From positions 2,728,001-2,792,000 of the forward strand of contig AP024664.1 in NCBI GenBank assembly GCA_024346625.1: a stretch of DNA of 64,000 bases, read 5' to 3'. Made by a program: the position numbers and the translations under genes. Each line of letters begins with the position of its first letter. Positions within the stretch are counted from its first letter, which is position 1. This document shows positions 11,379 to 22,708 of the stretch, piece by piece. The notes under the pieces were generated by a model. It was not told where the DNA came from, did no database searches, and saw only the letters and a program-made list of their open reading frames with translations. The DNA comes from Williopsis jadinii. Taxonomy: Eukaryota.

Positions 11379-13671
11379 TTAAAACACGACAGTGGGTCAT
11401 CAGTCACAGTGTAGCATGCTAATCAGTTTCTTAAAAGGAAATCATATCACTTGTTTGTTCATTGGCTCTCGTAATTGAGTGGACAGACCGTATTGCCGTA
11501 ATAGTTGATAATTTGTCCTGCAGGATATAATACAGGTACTATCATCGCCATCAGCGACACGTTACGAATTACTATTGACTCACATGTCAGAGTAATATAC
11601 TGTAGTTACAGCCTGCAACAGCTGACAATACAAGAAGTGTGCTTTATTACGTCTGCAGAGGTCATGTATGATAGCTGATGCCACATGGTGTAATTTACCA
11701 TTGGGCTCAGCTCGTGTATTGTAGAGTTTACTGACAGGACTATATGCAAGCGTATTGGAAGTATCCGATTTTGTCCCGATTGTAGTCAACCTGTTGTGTA
11801 AATCAATTTGGTTCAACAGCCTTTGATGTCTTCGTTATACAGCCCCACAAACTTTCTAAGCAGTGCGTGATTAATATAACTGGATTTCCTCTTCTTCCCC
11901 CTCATATACGCTAAAAAATAAGATAAAATCACTCCACAGCATGGAGCATGGAATCAAATTAACAGATTAGAATTGTCATGTATGTAGCAATTGATCTTCA
12001 GAGAGAATCTTTAGCATGCTGATCATGGTTATGAGTTACGTGCAGCCAGCAGCCATTTGGTGGCATTAAGTCTAGATCATAGTTGAGCAGAGGAACATTA
12101 TATTTAACTCTCGCTTCAAGATAGAGGCTATTGACGTGATGAAAGACATAGGTTCTTGACCTGGTCGGTCATCCTTCTTTCATACTGCCTTTTAAGCCTG
12201 TTTGAGTAGAATTATGTTTCAACTTAGAGAGAGTACAAGAATAAAAAGTACATGCAAATTGCTAAAAGTTCCAGCTGTCGAACCAGGTACACAGACTGGG
12301 ATATTAACTACCAGATCCGGCCCCAGTACAAAAAGTCTTGTATTGTGAAGAAGTTTGCAAAATTACGAGCTTAGTATTCACATAGGCTATATCTGGATGC
12401 TGAGAAGCACGTCAAATTTACAGCTCTGTATACCTGCCTTCACAGTTCCGTATCCCGGGCTTCATTTGAAGCTGTCAGGAAAAAGTGGACCCACTAGCAT
12501 CAATTAAATATGTACCGATAGTCTTGACGTCCAATAAGATAACGAGCATGTAATTGTTCGAACCTTATATAATTTTCCAAATTGCTTGGTAAAGGCTCGC
12601 CTATACCAACTCCCATATAGTTTTGATTTCAAGAACTTATGGGAAAGAGTTGATATCTATGATTTGAGCTCAAAGATAAGGATACGCAGGACAGCGTGGG
12701 GACCGTACATACCGTACATGACGTAATTGATAGGCGTTGCAAACGTCCTTACAAATAGGCTCATATGGAAATCATAGAGATCTATATCAGACAGCAATTG
12801 AGGTCTAGCTAAACGGGAAGCCTAGAATCACCTGGCGAATGGCTGTACACTTTGTAACTGTGTTTGAAGAGACAATTTTAGCAGTTATGCCTATTGAACG
12901 CTGTTAGTATTGGACATACATCACCTCACATTGCGTTTGGGGATCTTGGTGGTGTTACGATATTCCTGGACTAACATTTTGGTTATCCCAACCTGGCAAA
13001 GATTACCACTCTTTTGCAGTGCAATTCCAGGTCCTGCTCATCATACTACTGCCCATCTGGTAGCCCTTCTTTGCACAACCTGAGTCCTCTCGGAGGAACT
13101 CCTTTCCTGCACAGGTTATAAGCCAGTAAGCCATGCGATAGTAGTACCAGCCTTATAATGAATCTGTGTAACGAAATAGTCATGTGTTATTCAAATGCTT
13201 TCAGTTCTTCACTCAGATACTTGAATGGCTGTGCTAGAGAGCAAGCTTTGAAGCAGTTGTGATGTTATGTGAATATATGTATGTTACGGCAATAATGTGC
13301 ACACTTTGAGAATACACAGAGTCCACAACTCCCGAGTTAGTGATAAATTGACTGTACAATTAGCTGGGCCATTGACAAACTCCTGAATAAAAGCAATTGG
13401 TACCTGTGAGGATAGGGAAGTTGCGCTCAATTACATCGATTCTTATTCATTCGTCCCACAATTCATCTTTCCCTCACCCAAAACACGTCAAAAAGATTGT
13501 CACTGCAGGTACCAAATCCCAACGTGGTTAATATTCCTACGCATAAAGGAAAGAGAGCTGTAATGACTTATAAATCACAATTCATTATAAACAATCTTTA
13601 ATTGAACTTACAAAACCAGTAAAAACAATCTAAAACCTCACGTTGGCAAATATTTAAAGAAAAGTATAAGA

Positions 13672-15324
13672 TTATGGTGTGTATCTGAAATGTCTGAACT
13701 TCAGTTCACCAACAGCCTGCTGTGCTTTCGAATGATCCAGGACAACGAACCCTTCATCATCAGTAACCACCCCATCTTTCAACTCCTCTTCATCAAAGAC
13801 CTCAGCATGTCCATACTTTTCTTCCAATTTTCTGTTGGAGAAGACATATTGCCAGTAGGTGAAAAGGGACGCCAGGAAAGAAATGATGCTTATAACAACA
13901 AGAGCAGTGAAAGCCTTTGTGTAATGTGGACCATCGTCAGTGTTAAGAATTTGAGAGTTGTATATACCAGAAGCATTGGCAGCACAAATAATAAGTGCCA
14001 GATGAATGGCCCTGTCAGTTGGAATACGGGAGTTCATACTAATCCAACTTGTATTGACAATGTGCGCCAGAGCGGAGAAGCTCTGTATCATTATCAATAT
14101 ACCAAGTCTCAAGTGGTTATCTGCATATGTTGTAATTCCTCTGAATACAATGACAAAAATCATTTGCAAACCAGAGATGGCAATAACTGTGGTCGCCTTT
14201 GGCTTGAAACGATCTTGAATTTGACCAATTATAATCAAGTATACCAAAGATATCCAGGTACCAATTGAAGACATTGCATTAGCTCTGAATTGAGTGTAGC
14301 CCATTTTTCTGACAATGAGTGGTAAGTATGTACCAATTGGACCAGTGATACAAAGCGAGGTGATGGTGATAAAGAAATGGAGCCACGGTCTGATTTGCCA
14401 TAATGCTCTTCCAACATCCTTCACGGTAATTTTTCCCTTGAAGTCGAGAGCCTTCAATGGGTCATCCAGTATGAGTCGTTGTGTCAGTATATAACGTTCC
14501 CTTTCTGTGTATAATTGCAATTTTCTCAAGAGGAAAGTGGATGAATCCTGTGTCGATTTTGGCAAGAGGAACAAGAGTATAACACCGACGGCTATGGTTA
14601 CAATACCTTCAATGAAGAACAACCATCTCCAACCACTCCACCCGTTTACACCAGTGAGGTCTTTCAAGATTCCTGCAGCGATAAGACCACCTAGAGCAGA
14701 TGCTCCCAAGTTACCCACGAAGTAAATAGTGTGACGACGTCCTAACTCTTTCTTTGTATAATACTTTGAAAGAGTATAAAGACCACCAGGGATATAACCG
14801 GACTCACCTAAACCTAAGAGCAGTCTGGTGGCGATATAACCACCATAGTTCTTGATCCAACCTTGTGAAAGGGCGATAGATCCCCAAACGATAGTTTGGA
14901 ATGGAAGCCAGTTTGAAGGACCAATTTTTTGAAGTACATAATTACAAGGGATTTCACCGAGAACAATACCAAGTGACAGCATTTGTTGACCAACATTGAT
15001 TTGGTGACTGTCAACACCAACATCTTTCATGAAGGTGGATGTCAGTGCATTTGCCAAGTTACCACGGTCTAATTGCAATGCAAAGAAACCAGCAACGAGC
15101 AAAGGTAACAAAGTAAGATCAACTTTCCAGCGGGCACGATCTTCTTCTTCCTGGGTCCAGTCCTTTATAACCTTATAGCTCGAGCTATCTGGTAACAGTA
15201 TCTTGTAATTGCCATACTCAGCGACATTTTCAGATGTCTGAGGTAGTTTTGCCTCAAAAGCTGGGACTGTAGAGTCCGTCACACTCGAAGATCTTGAGTT
15301 ATCGTTCTTCTCGATGATAGACAT
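13672..15324 (-). CDS. MFS transporter, Dal5/ACS family, AstA/Soa1-like sulfate/sulfonate permease
   Basis: 550 aa multi-TM; FFALQLDRGNLANAL, GQQMLSLGIVLGEIPCN, RLLLGLGESGYIPG, GWRWLFFIEG; divergent from a TauD pseudogene. Confidence 0.85.
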   Translation of the reverse strand: MSIIEKNDNSRSSSVTDSTVPAFEAKLPQTSENVAEYGNYKILLPDSSSYKVIKDWTQEEEDRARWKVDLTLLPLLVAGFFALQLDRGNLANALTSTFMKDVGVDSHQINVGQQMLSLGIVLGEIPCNYVLQKIGPSNWLPFQTIVWGSIALSQGWIKNYGGYIATRLLLGLGESGYIPGGLYTLSKYYTKKELGRRHTIYFVGNLGASALGGLIAAGILKDLTGVNGWSGWRWLFFIEGIVTIAVGVILLFLLPKSTQDSSTFLLRKLQLYTERERYILTQRLILDDPLKALDFKGKITVKDVGRALWQIRPWLHFFITITSLCITGPIGTYLPLIVRKMGYTQFRANAMSSIGTWISLVYLIIIGQIQDRFKPKATTVIAISGLQMIFVIVFRGITTYADNHLRLGILIMIQSFSALAHIVNTSWISMNSRIPTDRAIHLALIICAANASGIYNSQILNTDDGPHYTKAFTALVVISIISFLASLFTYWQYVFSNRKLEEKYGHAEVFDEEELKDGVVTDDEGFVVLDHSKAQQAVGELKFRHFRYTP

Positions 15325-15552
15325 GATTGAAAACAGCTTTAGTTGGTGGACTACAACGTGGAAATGAGAATCAGATTGGAAGGAAAGCTCTATTAATTTA
15401 TAGTACTTGGAATTAACATTGGGATATTTTCAAGGGTTGGAGGTAATGGCTTGTCATCTACATGTGTGTCCATGTAGTCATAGCTGGAACTTCGGCGTTT
15501 ATTGTGGTAATTATCTAGTGATGAGCTCAATATGGTAGATATTTGTATTCAG

Positions 15553-16543
15553 TGTGGCTTTTTATGATGCTTTAATCACTAGCCACAATCACGAAGACTT
15601 CTATTTTTTTTTTGCAGTGCAGGAGAATATCACATCACTAAACGGTGCTAATGCTACATTGTAGAAAAGATTCCAATCGCGCGATACTTCAATTTTGTTC
15701 ATAGCCATCGAAGAGTAAGCAATTGGGTACGGATACAGTGATATTGTTTTCCATTGCTCGCCTCTCTTCCTCGCCACAATTCAAGTCTTGTTAATGTCAA
15801 CTACATCTTACAGCGACATCTGTTTTTGGTCCGATTCTGATAAGCCGCAAGCCACACCAAAGGCCATAAAACTTACATGCATACCGCGTCCTGCTTGCAG
15901 AAACGTCGATTGAACGAGTCATGGAGGATCGCATTAGTACCTGTGGTTATTTCCTCTTCATTTCATATACCGAATTAGTGTCACCAGACTATGTATACCA
16001 TGTGGTGAACTCTATTTACCTAGGTATTGAAGAATTCATATTAACTATTGGAATTTCCATGGTCTGTTCTTTCGGCAATAATGTCAGACCATATTTGCCA
16101 CACTTTTAATAAGTAAGTAGGCACTACATGTTGATATTCCACCAATAATATCGCAAATCATAACAATTGATGGTTGACTGTTTTTTAATCTTCAATATAT
16201 CTGGAGCTAAATATGGAGCTCAAAATTGGATACCTCGTAAAAATCTAGGTATGGTTACATTATGTTATAGGTCACCAGCCGCTCGTCCTGCATTCAAATC
16301 CAGACAAGAACATCTACTTTAACATCAACAATCAAGGTCAATTACGAACTTTTGGAAGTTGGACTGAAACATACGTCATCGAGATTTGTTCAACTAGCAC
16401 CAATATTACGCCACAAGTGCGCATCATAACGTGGCGAATTTAAGAGGCTTAAGGCTTGTGCTCTGGCAAGTGTACCTCAATTAAAGATCTAGATGTTGTG
16501 ATTACTAGCCTACTTGTGACGGAACCCGATGGCTGAATGTGGC
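15553..16543. promoter_or_regulatory. Cluster of Met31/Met32-type TGTGGC cores in the divergent promoter
   Basis: TGTGGC or GCCACA at 15553, 15582, 15773, 15851, 16097, 16410 and 16538. Confidence 0.6.
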
Positions 16544-16699
16544 TTACCATTAGGTCCTCTACCAAGTTCTATAGTAGATGACCATACCACATTCTTTAAG
16601 TTAACAGAAATATGGAAGGCAAAGTCTTTGTTAGTTCTTTCATCCACATGTTGGACAGCCTTATCAAAACCACCTAAATATTATTCAACTGGATTCATC

Positions 16700-17600
16700 A
16701 TGACCGCTGAAACCGCCAAAGCTTCCTTTGTTGTTAAAATACCAGAAGGTGAGAATATATCCGGGAGTAGATGCCCATAATGATTGTCTACTTGGGTTCC
16801 AACTGATAAGTTTAAGGCATATCCACCCGATTATGATGAATCCTTTTCCACTAAGGGTTTACATGGTAATTCTGAGTTGGAGAGTCATTTCCTGCCAGCA
16901 AAGAAGGACTCAAATCAAGTAAAGAGATTCTCACCAAAGCTTGACATTCATCTAAATACTGTTGCATCAGAGGGGAACCCCATCATCCCTACCACAAGGC
17001 CTACAGCGAGGCTGGCGATGGTGACCGTTTGGTCAGAATCTTCAAGTCCAAGTTGTCCTTCAGCTACTGGTACAATGACCTCACTTTTGAAGAGTATCCT
17101 TCGGGTACCATCTTCGTTGTTGAGCTGGAGTCTCCAGCTGCTCCTGGTGACACTCTTTTTGCTGATGCTATTGATGCTTGCAACAGGACTTCTTGTCCAC
17201 ACTGAGAACAGAGCACTCTTTTAAAAAGTTGGCGTACGTTGCAAAGCTCAACAGAGACATGCTTGAGCATGGTCCAGCAGCAGCAACTGCCTTTTACACA
17301 TTAGCGAACATCCATCTAGTTACTGAACAAAAGGCTAAGTTTGTTCTAGGGTTGTTAAAAAGATGAGAGAATTGGGAGATGAAGAGTCAAAGACTATTTT
17401 GGACAGCTTTTTCAATCATTTGAACAATTCCCATGACTTACAAGTTATGCTTGGACACAATCATGTACTATTGTTGTGTGTGATAGCAGACGTATTTTGT
17501 ACACTGCTACATTTGATGTTGAGCCTGTAAAGACTCGTCACTTCTATAGAATTACTCCACTTGCAGAAGGTCAGGTGGTACCAAGGAAGAGTCGGAGTTT
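16700..17600 (+). pseudogene. JLP1: Alpha-ketoglutarate-dependent sulfonate dioxygenase (JLP1/TauD family) pseudogene; 3' end approximate
   Basis: Fragments across frames: SRCP**LSTW, WYNDLTFEEYPSGT..GDTLFADAIDA, IHLVTEQKAKFV, EESKTILDSFFNHLNNSHDLQV, DSRRILYTATFD..RHFYRITPLAE; in-frame stops at 16778-16783, frameshifts and an internal deletion. Confidence 0.88.
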
Positions 17601-18643
17601 TGGCATCGTCGTAGCTGATTTTGATAAAATGCCAAAATGTGGTACTCAACAACTGGACTGGAAACCAGAGAATTCATTGGATGGCATCTGCTTATGCACT
17701 TCCGCAGTGGATAATTGATGAATCCATGAGTAAGTGGCTAATACAAGCCAGCTTAAGACGTCGTGGACTGACATCACTACTACACTGGCAAGTATATGCG
17801 GAGTTCTTAGCAGCGAAATGAGATCATATTTGGAAATTGACTAGCACTGAGAGAAGGAGGCACAGTCTAAGACCACAGTAACGATTTAAACATCACAGTA
17901 AAAGGTTGATTATCCTAGCACTTTATAATCGGAAGAATAATCTAAATAGATACTTAGCCTGAGAATATTTCAAGTTACAGCTCTGCAGAGATGTAAAGAG
18001 GTATAGCTCTTATTCAAAGCACATTTTGGACGATTCACTACGATTTAGAGAAGCACACAATGCCCAGTGGTTTGAAGAAATAGAACAAGAATCAATCAAC
18101 ACAATGCACCGAGTATTACCAATATATCTCCACCTGATGTGAGTTTACACACAGTATGGAAAAATTACCACCATGGACACCACGAACATTAAAACGAAGA
18201 ATATTAACAGTACCCAATAGCTAATAACTATACCATACCACCAGCTTAGAAAGCCAGTTTTCTGTTCATATATTGTAGCACACACACGTCGCAATAATAC
18301 AGCCATCTAGAGAAACGACCCCCACAGTACCATAACCAGAGTGGATTTGGAGAAGATTGTATGCTTCTAACAGGGTATACAGCTCAAAATGGAGAGCATC
18401 AAAGACATACAAAGGTGTAAGTTTTAACCTCCCCTGTACAGAACAAGGTGATCATCAGATAAAATATAATACCTGCAGTGTGAAACCTGTTTCTATAGTT
18501 TCACCATTTGTCACTGGCTTAAGGTTCTCTTCCAAGCTTACTATTATAACATTTTGAATCTCTATTAAAGAAATCTTGACATCAATTGCTGCACTGCAAC
18601 GCACATTGATCACACCAACGTTGAAAAAAAATAATGGATATAA

Positions 18644-18725
18644 TGACAACCGCGAGGTTCGAACTCGCGCCTCCGAAGAGACCAGGACCTTAACCTGGCG
18701 CCTTAGACCACTCGGCCAGGTTGCC
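18644..18725 (-). tRNA. tRNA-Leu (anticodon AAG), intronless
   Basis: GGCAACC acceptor, TGGCCGAGTGG A box, CCAGG-TTAAGGT-CCTGG anticodon arm, long variable arm, GTTCGAACC B box, downstream oligo-T. Confidence 0.97.
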
Positions 18726-18970
18726 ATTAACCATGTGTGTTTTGGGTCACTCAGGTACAAGCTCCCATTGGTGAGTGTTAAACATCAAAGTACTTTACCA
18801 TGAGTACTCCTAAAGGGTTTCGACTTGTCAAGTCATTTTCTCTATCTAAGACACTTCCTGTAAAGCTTGGTCATCATTACAAAGCTACTATGTGGTTTCC
18901 AGTTTTGAATTTTGATAAATTTCCTATTTATTCATGTAATATAGTACTTGAGCCCAAAGAGCGATAGTGT

Positions 18971-20659
18971 TTAAAACCTATCAGAACCATAACTACCTTC
19001 ATTTTTGTATGATGATCCTCCAGAAGAGTTTGGCCTTGAATTGTATGTAGATTTTTGTCTGTAATTGTCTTGTTTCCATTGACCATTGTTGGATCGTGAT
19101 CTCTTGGTGTTTTTATTATTGTCCCATGACGAATAATAAGAAGAAGCCGATGAGGGAAGACTTGTGTTGTTCAACTTCTGAGGAGTGTCGTTATTAGAAT
19201 TGGACGAACCGGATGACCCAGTTGGTGTTGGTGTTGGTGTTTGTATTTGGGAAGGTTTGTCGGAATCAATCGAGTCCTCATTTAGCTGAGACGGGTTGTT
19301 ATACAGCGAGTCCACTCCCTCTCTTAAGGAAACCTTCGACGTTGATCGTGGGATTGCTGCTCTCATTCTGCTGTATTTTTCAATCAACTCTTTATTGTCC
19401 AAAGCTGCCATAGCTGCCCTGATACCTGCTTCCTTGGTGTTCTTAGCAGATCCTGTACCCAGAAGACTGTTGTCCTTTGTTCTCAATTCAACAACGAACC
19501 AACTCGTTCCATTTTCAATTTCCTTATGGATAGTTTTATACTGTAATCCAAGACCAGCGTAACCAATTAAGGAGTAGAGCTCAACCTTTGCATTTAGATT
19601 CAATGCCTTTGGACTTTTTTTATTTCTTTCAACACTTAGACCTCTTTTGAGTATTGGTTGAGCCAATTTCTTCAACCATCTATATGCCACAGTGTAGTTG
19701 TCTGGACTTTCAGTCAACAGCCCACCAATGTACGCCTCAAACACATCTGCGTATACTTTCAGCTTACCGTTGAAGATACTATCATCTGTGTGTATCTTGA
19801 GTTTTTGATCGAATCCATATTTCACAGACCATTCTTGTAATGTTGCGTTACTTATAAGTTTAGATCTCAATTGAGATATTTCACCTTCAGTGGCATCCGG
19901 AAATGCATTGTAGCATATCTGTGACATGATATAGTTAAGAATAGAATCTCCAATGAACTCTAACCTCTCGTTATGTGTATGTATAGCTTCCTTTCCAGAG
20001 ATAAACTGTTTATCCTTCACCAATGATTTATGTAGGAATACTCTTGCACGAATCGCAGGATCATTGATAGGTGGGAGGGGTGGAAGCTGACCATCTTGCA
20101 GGTCATCGTCATCGTCATTGTCAATTTCCTCATCGCTATTTTCAGCTTTAGCATTAACATTGAGAGAAACCTTTTCCTTGGTAAACAGACTCCCATGTAA
20201 CTCCTCGAAATTCGTTATCTGATCAAAGATTTGTAATTTACCGGCATTATATAGCGTTTTGAGCATAGCAGCAAGCGTGATTTTTGATCTTTGAAGTGCC
20301 ATTAATGCCTCTAACGACTCCACTTCTTCTCTCTTGTACTGTTCCAGCTGTTCCTCATCTACAGCCGTTGTCAAGATGGTCTTCAAGGCATTTTGAAGGT
20401 TATTAACAGCATGCTCCACAGAAAGAATATCAGCTAATCCAAATTTGACTGACTTGGTACCCTGGTCGCCAGATGAGACAGTGGATGACAAGTCTCTACT
20501 CTTGACAACGTCAGACAGTTGAAGTGAATGACTACTTGAGTCTTCAACATTAGCCTCAGTCTCAGCATCAGCATGCTTTCTTCTCTTGTTGTTCTTGTCA
20601 TTCAAGTCATCATCAACGACACCCACGTCATCAGCAACCCTCTTTGTTTTCTTAGACAT
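18971..20659 (-). CDS. RNT1: Ribonuclease III Rnt1
   Basis: HNERLEFIGDSIL and ADVFEAYIGGL catalytic motifs, one dsRBD; adjacent to CUS1 as in S. cerevisiae; PAC site upstream. Confidence 0.9.
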   Translation of the reverse strand: MSKKTKRVADDVGVVDDDLNDKNNKRRKHADAETEANVEDSSSHSLQLSDVVKSRDLSSTVSSGDQGTKSVKFGLADILSVEHAVNNLQNALKTILTTAVDEEQLEQYKREEVESLEALMALQRSKITLAAMLKTLYNAGKLQIFDQITNFEELHGSLFTKEKVSLNVNAKAENSDEEIDNDDDDDLQDGQLPPLPPINDPAIRARVFLHKSLVKDKQFISGKEAIHTHNERLEFIGDSILNYIMSQICYNAFPDATEGEISQLRSKLISNATLQEWSVKYGFDQKLKIHTDDSIFNGKLKVYADVFEAYIGGLLTESPDNYTVAYRWLKKLAQPILKRGLSVERNKKSPKALNLNAKVELYSLIGYAGLGLQYKTIHKEIENGTSWFVVELRTKDNSLLGTGSAKNTKEAGIRAAMAALDNKELIEKYSRMRAAIPRSTSKVSLREGVDSLYNNPSQLNEDSIDSDKPSQIQTPTPTPTGSSGSSNSNNDTPQKLNNTSLPSSASSYYSSWDNNKNTKRSRSNNGQWKQDNYRQKSTYNSRPNSSGGSSYKNEGSYGSDRF

Positions 20660-20758
20660 TCCTCACCTTAGTACTTCGTCAAGCCAATTGTGTCCTGAGT
20701 ATACTGTTGATAATCGTTTGTAGTGAGATGAATTTTTTTTTTTTGTTTCAAGACGCGA

Positions 20759-20767
20759 GCTCATCGC
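20759..20767 (-). promoter_or_regulatory. PAC (ribosome-biogenesis) element upstream of RNT1
   Basis: GCGATGAGC on the minus strand next to an A-tract. Confidence 0.6.
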
Positions 20768-20841
20768 GTGCAATGTCTCCCTATCTACGCAACAATTGAA
20801 GTTGACATTTACTGTGAATGTATAACAAATGATGTATTTTA

Positions 20842-22317
20842 TTAGAACTTGAACTTACCGTTGTCATCTTCTTCATCTTCGTCTTCGTTGGTATCATGTT
20901 TCGCTTCAGAACGAGGCTTTTTGACCGTTTTGTCGTTATTCTCATTACCAAGGTCGTAGGCACGTTTTGTAGACAGGACACCGTTATTTGACACCATCTT
21001 CTCCTTCAAGATATGGTATAGATTCTTTGGTTCAATCGACTCTTTCTCAGTAGTACGAGTTTCCAAGGTGGATAGTGGGATATCCTCATCCTCGTCGTTT
21101 TCTTCATCTTCAGCATCATTAAGAGTATCCATTGACGGTGCCAAATCATTCTGATCAACAACAACAGCCCCTTCATCATTCACGTATCCAGGAACATCGT
21201 TATCACTCTCATCTTCAACTTCTTCGTCCTCGTCGTCCTCATCTTCGTCCTCATCTTCTTCATATGATATCACCTTACCAAATGGTTCCAACTCCACATC
21301 TCCATAGGCACTTAGTGGATTATCAACGACTCCTTCATCACCCAATGGAACGTTATAACCTGGTATCTTCATATACGGATAACTGGGTGGAGGCCCGTAC
21401 ATAGACATCTTTGCGACCCATGGTAAGATGCCATCCTTAGATATACCCAGGGCTGACCTCAATTCATCACTGATGACACCGGGTTTGAAATCCAAGTGAG
21501 AGCTCTCCTCCATGTCCTTACCCTCATAGAATACATCACCAAACGCGTATAGCCTTGGTTTGGTTTGGAACTTGAAAAAGGCATCATGGAGCTTTTGGTA
21601 ATCCATATCCAACTTATTCATCTTTGGTTGAACTCTTTCTCTCTGCCTCTGTTTTAGGCTGGATTCATCCTCCTTTGTAGTATCTCTCATATCAGTTATG
21701 CCAGTATCACTTATGAATTTTGGTAGTTTGAAAGCACTTTTCTCAAACCCTCTTTTCCCACTGAGGTAGTCTCTTTTGAATTGCCAGTTCACTGGGACGG
21801 GAACAGAGTTCTTCAGGCACTTCAGTTGAACAACCAGTAGAGGATCCGTAGCATCTGCATCGTACCACTCAACCAATTCTGGATATTTGGAAGTGGCCTT
21901 CAACCTGGATAGTGGTATCTTGTTCGCCTTCCTTAGTTTCCTCTTGCTCATCTGATGCTCTTCATCCTGTGTCACTGTGAGAGCACCTCCAGCACCACCA
22001 GCACCATCGTCATCGTCATCACTGTTCTCCATAATCTCACCTCTTTCATTCGTTGCTCGCGGAGTATCGGATTCATCACCGTCACTAGTCTCGACACTGT
22101 GGAACTTGTTAAAAACGTCTGTGAACTGGGATAACTCTGGAGCATCAACTATAACCTCAAGGTGAGCCCTTGTACTAGAGCGCTGCGACTGTTTTTGTCC
22201 TTCATTCAGCTCATCGTGGTCTTTCTTCTCATCCGTAGAAGCACTCTGCTCTTCAAGTTTCTTCTGTTTGAGCCTTTCACGACGTAGCTGATTCTTCGAC
22301 TTGTGTGCTTTAGCCAT
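20842..22317 (-). CDS. CUS1: U2 snRNP SF3b subunit Cus1 (SF3B2)
   Basis: PELVEWYDADATDP, VPVPVNWQFKRDYLSGKRG, RERVQPKMNKLDMDYQKLHDAFFKFQ, YGPPPSYP; first ATG at 22317. Confidence 0.95.
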   Translation of the reverse strand: MAKAHKSKNQLRRERLKQKKLEEQSASTDEKKDHDELNEGQKQSQRSSTRAHLEVIVDAPELSQFTDVFNKFHSVETSDGDESDTPRATNERGEIMENSDDDDDGAGGAGGALTVTQDEEHQMSKRKLRKANKIPLSRLKATSKYPELVEWYDADATDPLLVVQLKCLKNSVPVPVNWQFKRDYLSGKRGFEKSAFKLPKFISDTGITDMRDTTKEDESSLKQRQRERVQPKMNKLDMDYQKLHDAFFKFQTKPRLYAFGDVFYEGKDMEESSHLDFKPGVISDELRSALGISKDGILPWVAKMSMYGPPPSYPYMKIPGYNVPLGDEGVVDNPLSAYGDVELEPFGKVISYEEDEDEDEDDEDEEVEDESDNDVPGYVNDEGAVVVDQNDLAPSMDTLNDAEDEENDEDEDIPLSTLETRTTEKESIEPKNLYHILKEKMVSNNGVLSTKRAYDLGNENNDKTVKKPRSEAKHDTNEDEDEEDDNGKFKF

Positions 22318-22708
22318 CTCCGTCACCAACTACCAACCGTGCCCTTTTTATAGTGGAGCGCTGATGTTGATCGTACACAAAGCTACGCAGCGGATATTTT
22401 GCACTGGAAGTACTACTGTGTCCCCAACCACATATACATCATCGGTGCCATGTTGATGAGGGAAAAAGAGCATAAAGGGCATGTTACGCTATTCACAGGA
22501 AGGCGTATGGGATTTGCAGTGGTAGGTTGTGACGTAGATCATGCGAGGGGTTCACGACAGGTTGTTGGTCTCAATGTTTTTATTGGATGGGGGTGCTTAG
22601 ATGGCAACGAGAGAGCGTGACGTGTGTGGATGGTGGTAACGAGTAGATCTACAGGTGGAACACACCAGTACAATGCAGCGTAAAACAGTCGATATATACA
22701 GATTAAAA

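Noticed and set aside
12891..13185. Minus-strand TACTAAC..TAG with upstream GTATGA/GTATGT and a 45-aa ORF
   Set aside because: The nearest donor gives an implausibly short intron and no recognisable spliced product
13531..13620. ATATTCCTA matching the snR30 m1 motif
   Set aside because: No correctly spaced AAACCAT/ACA or enclosing hairpin; lies in the transporter terminator region
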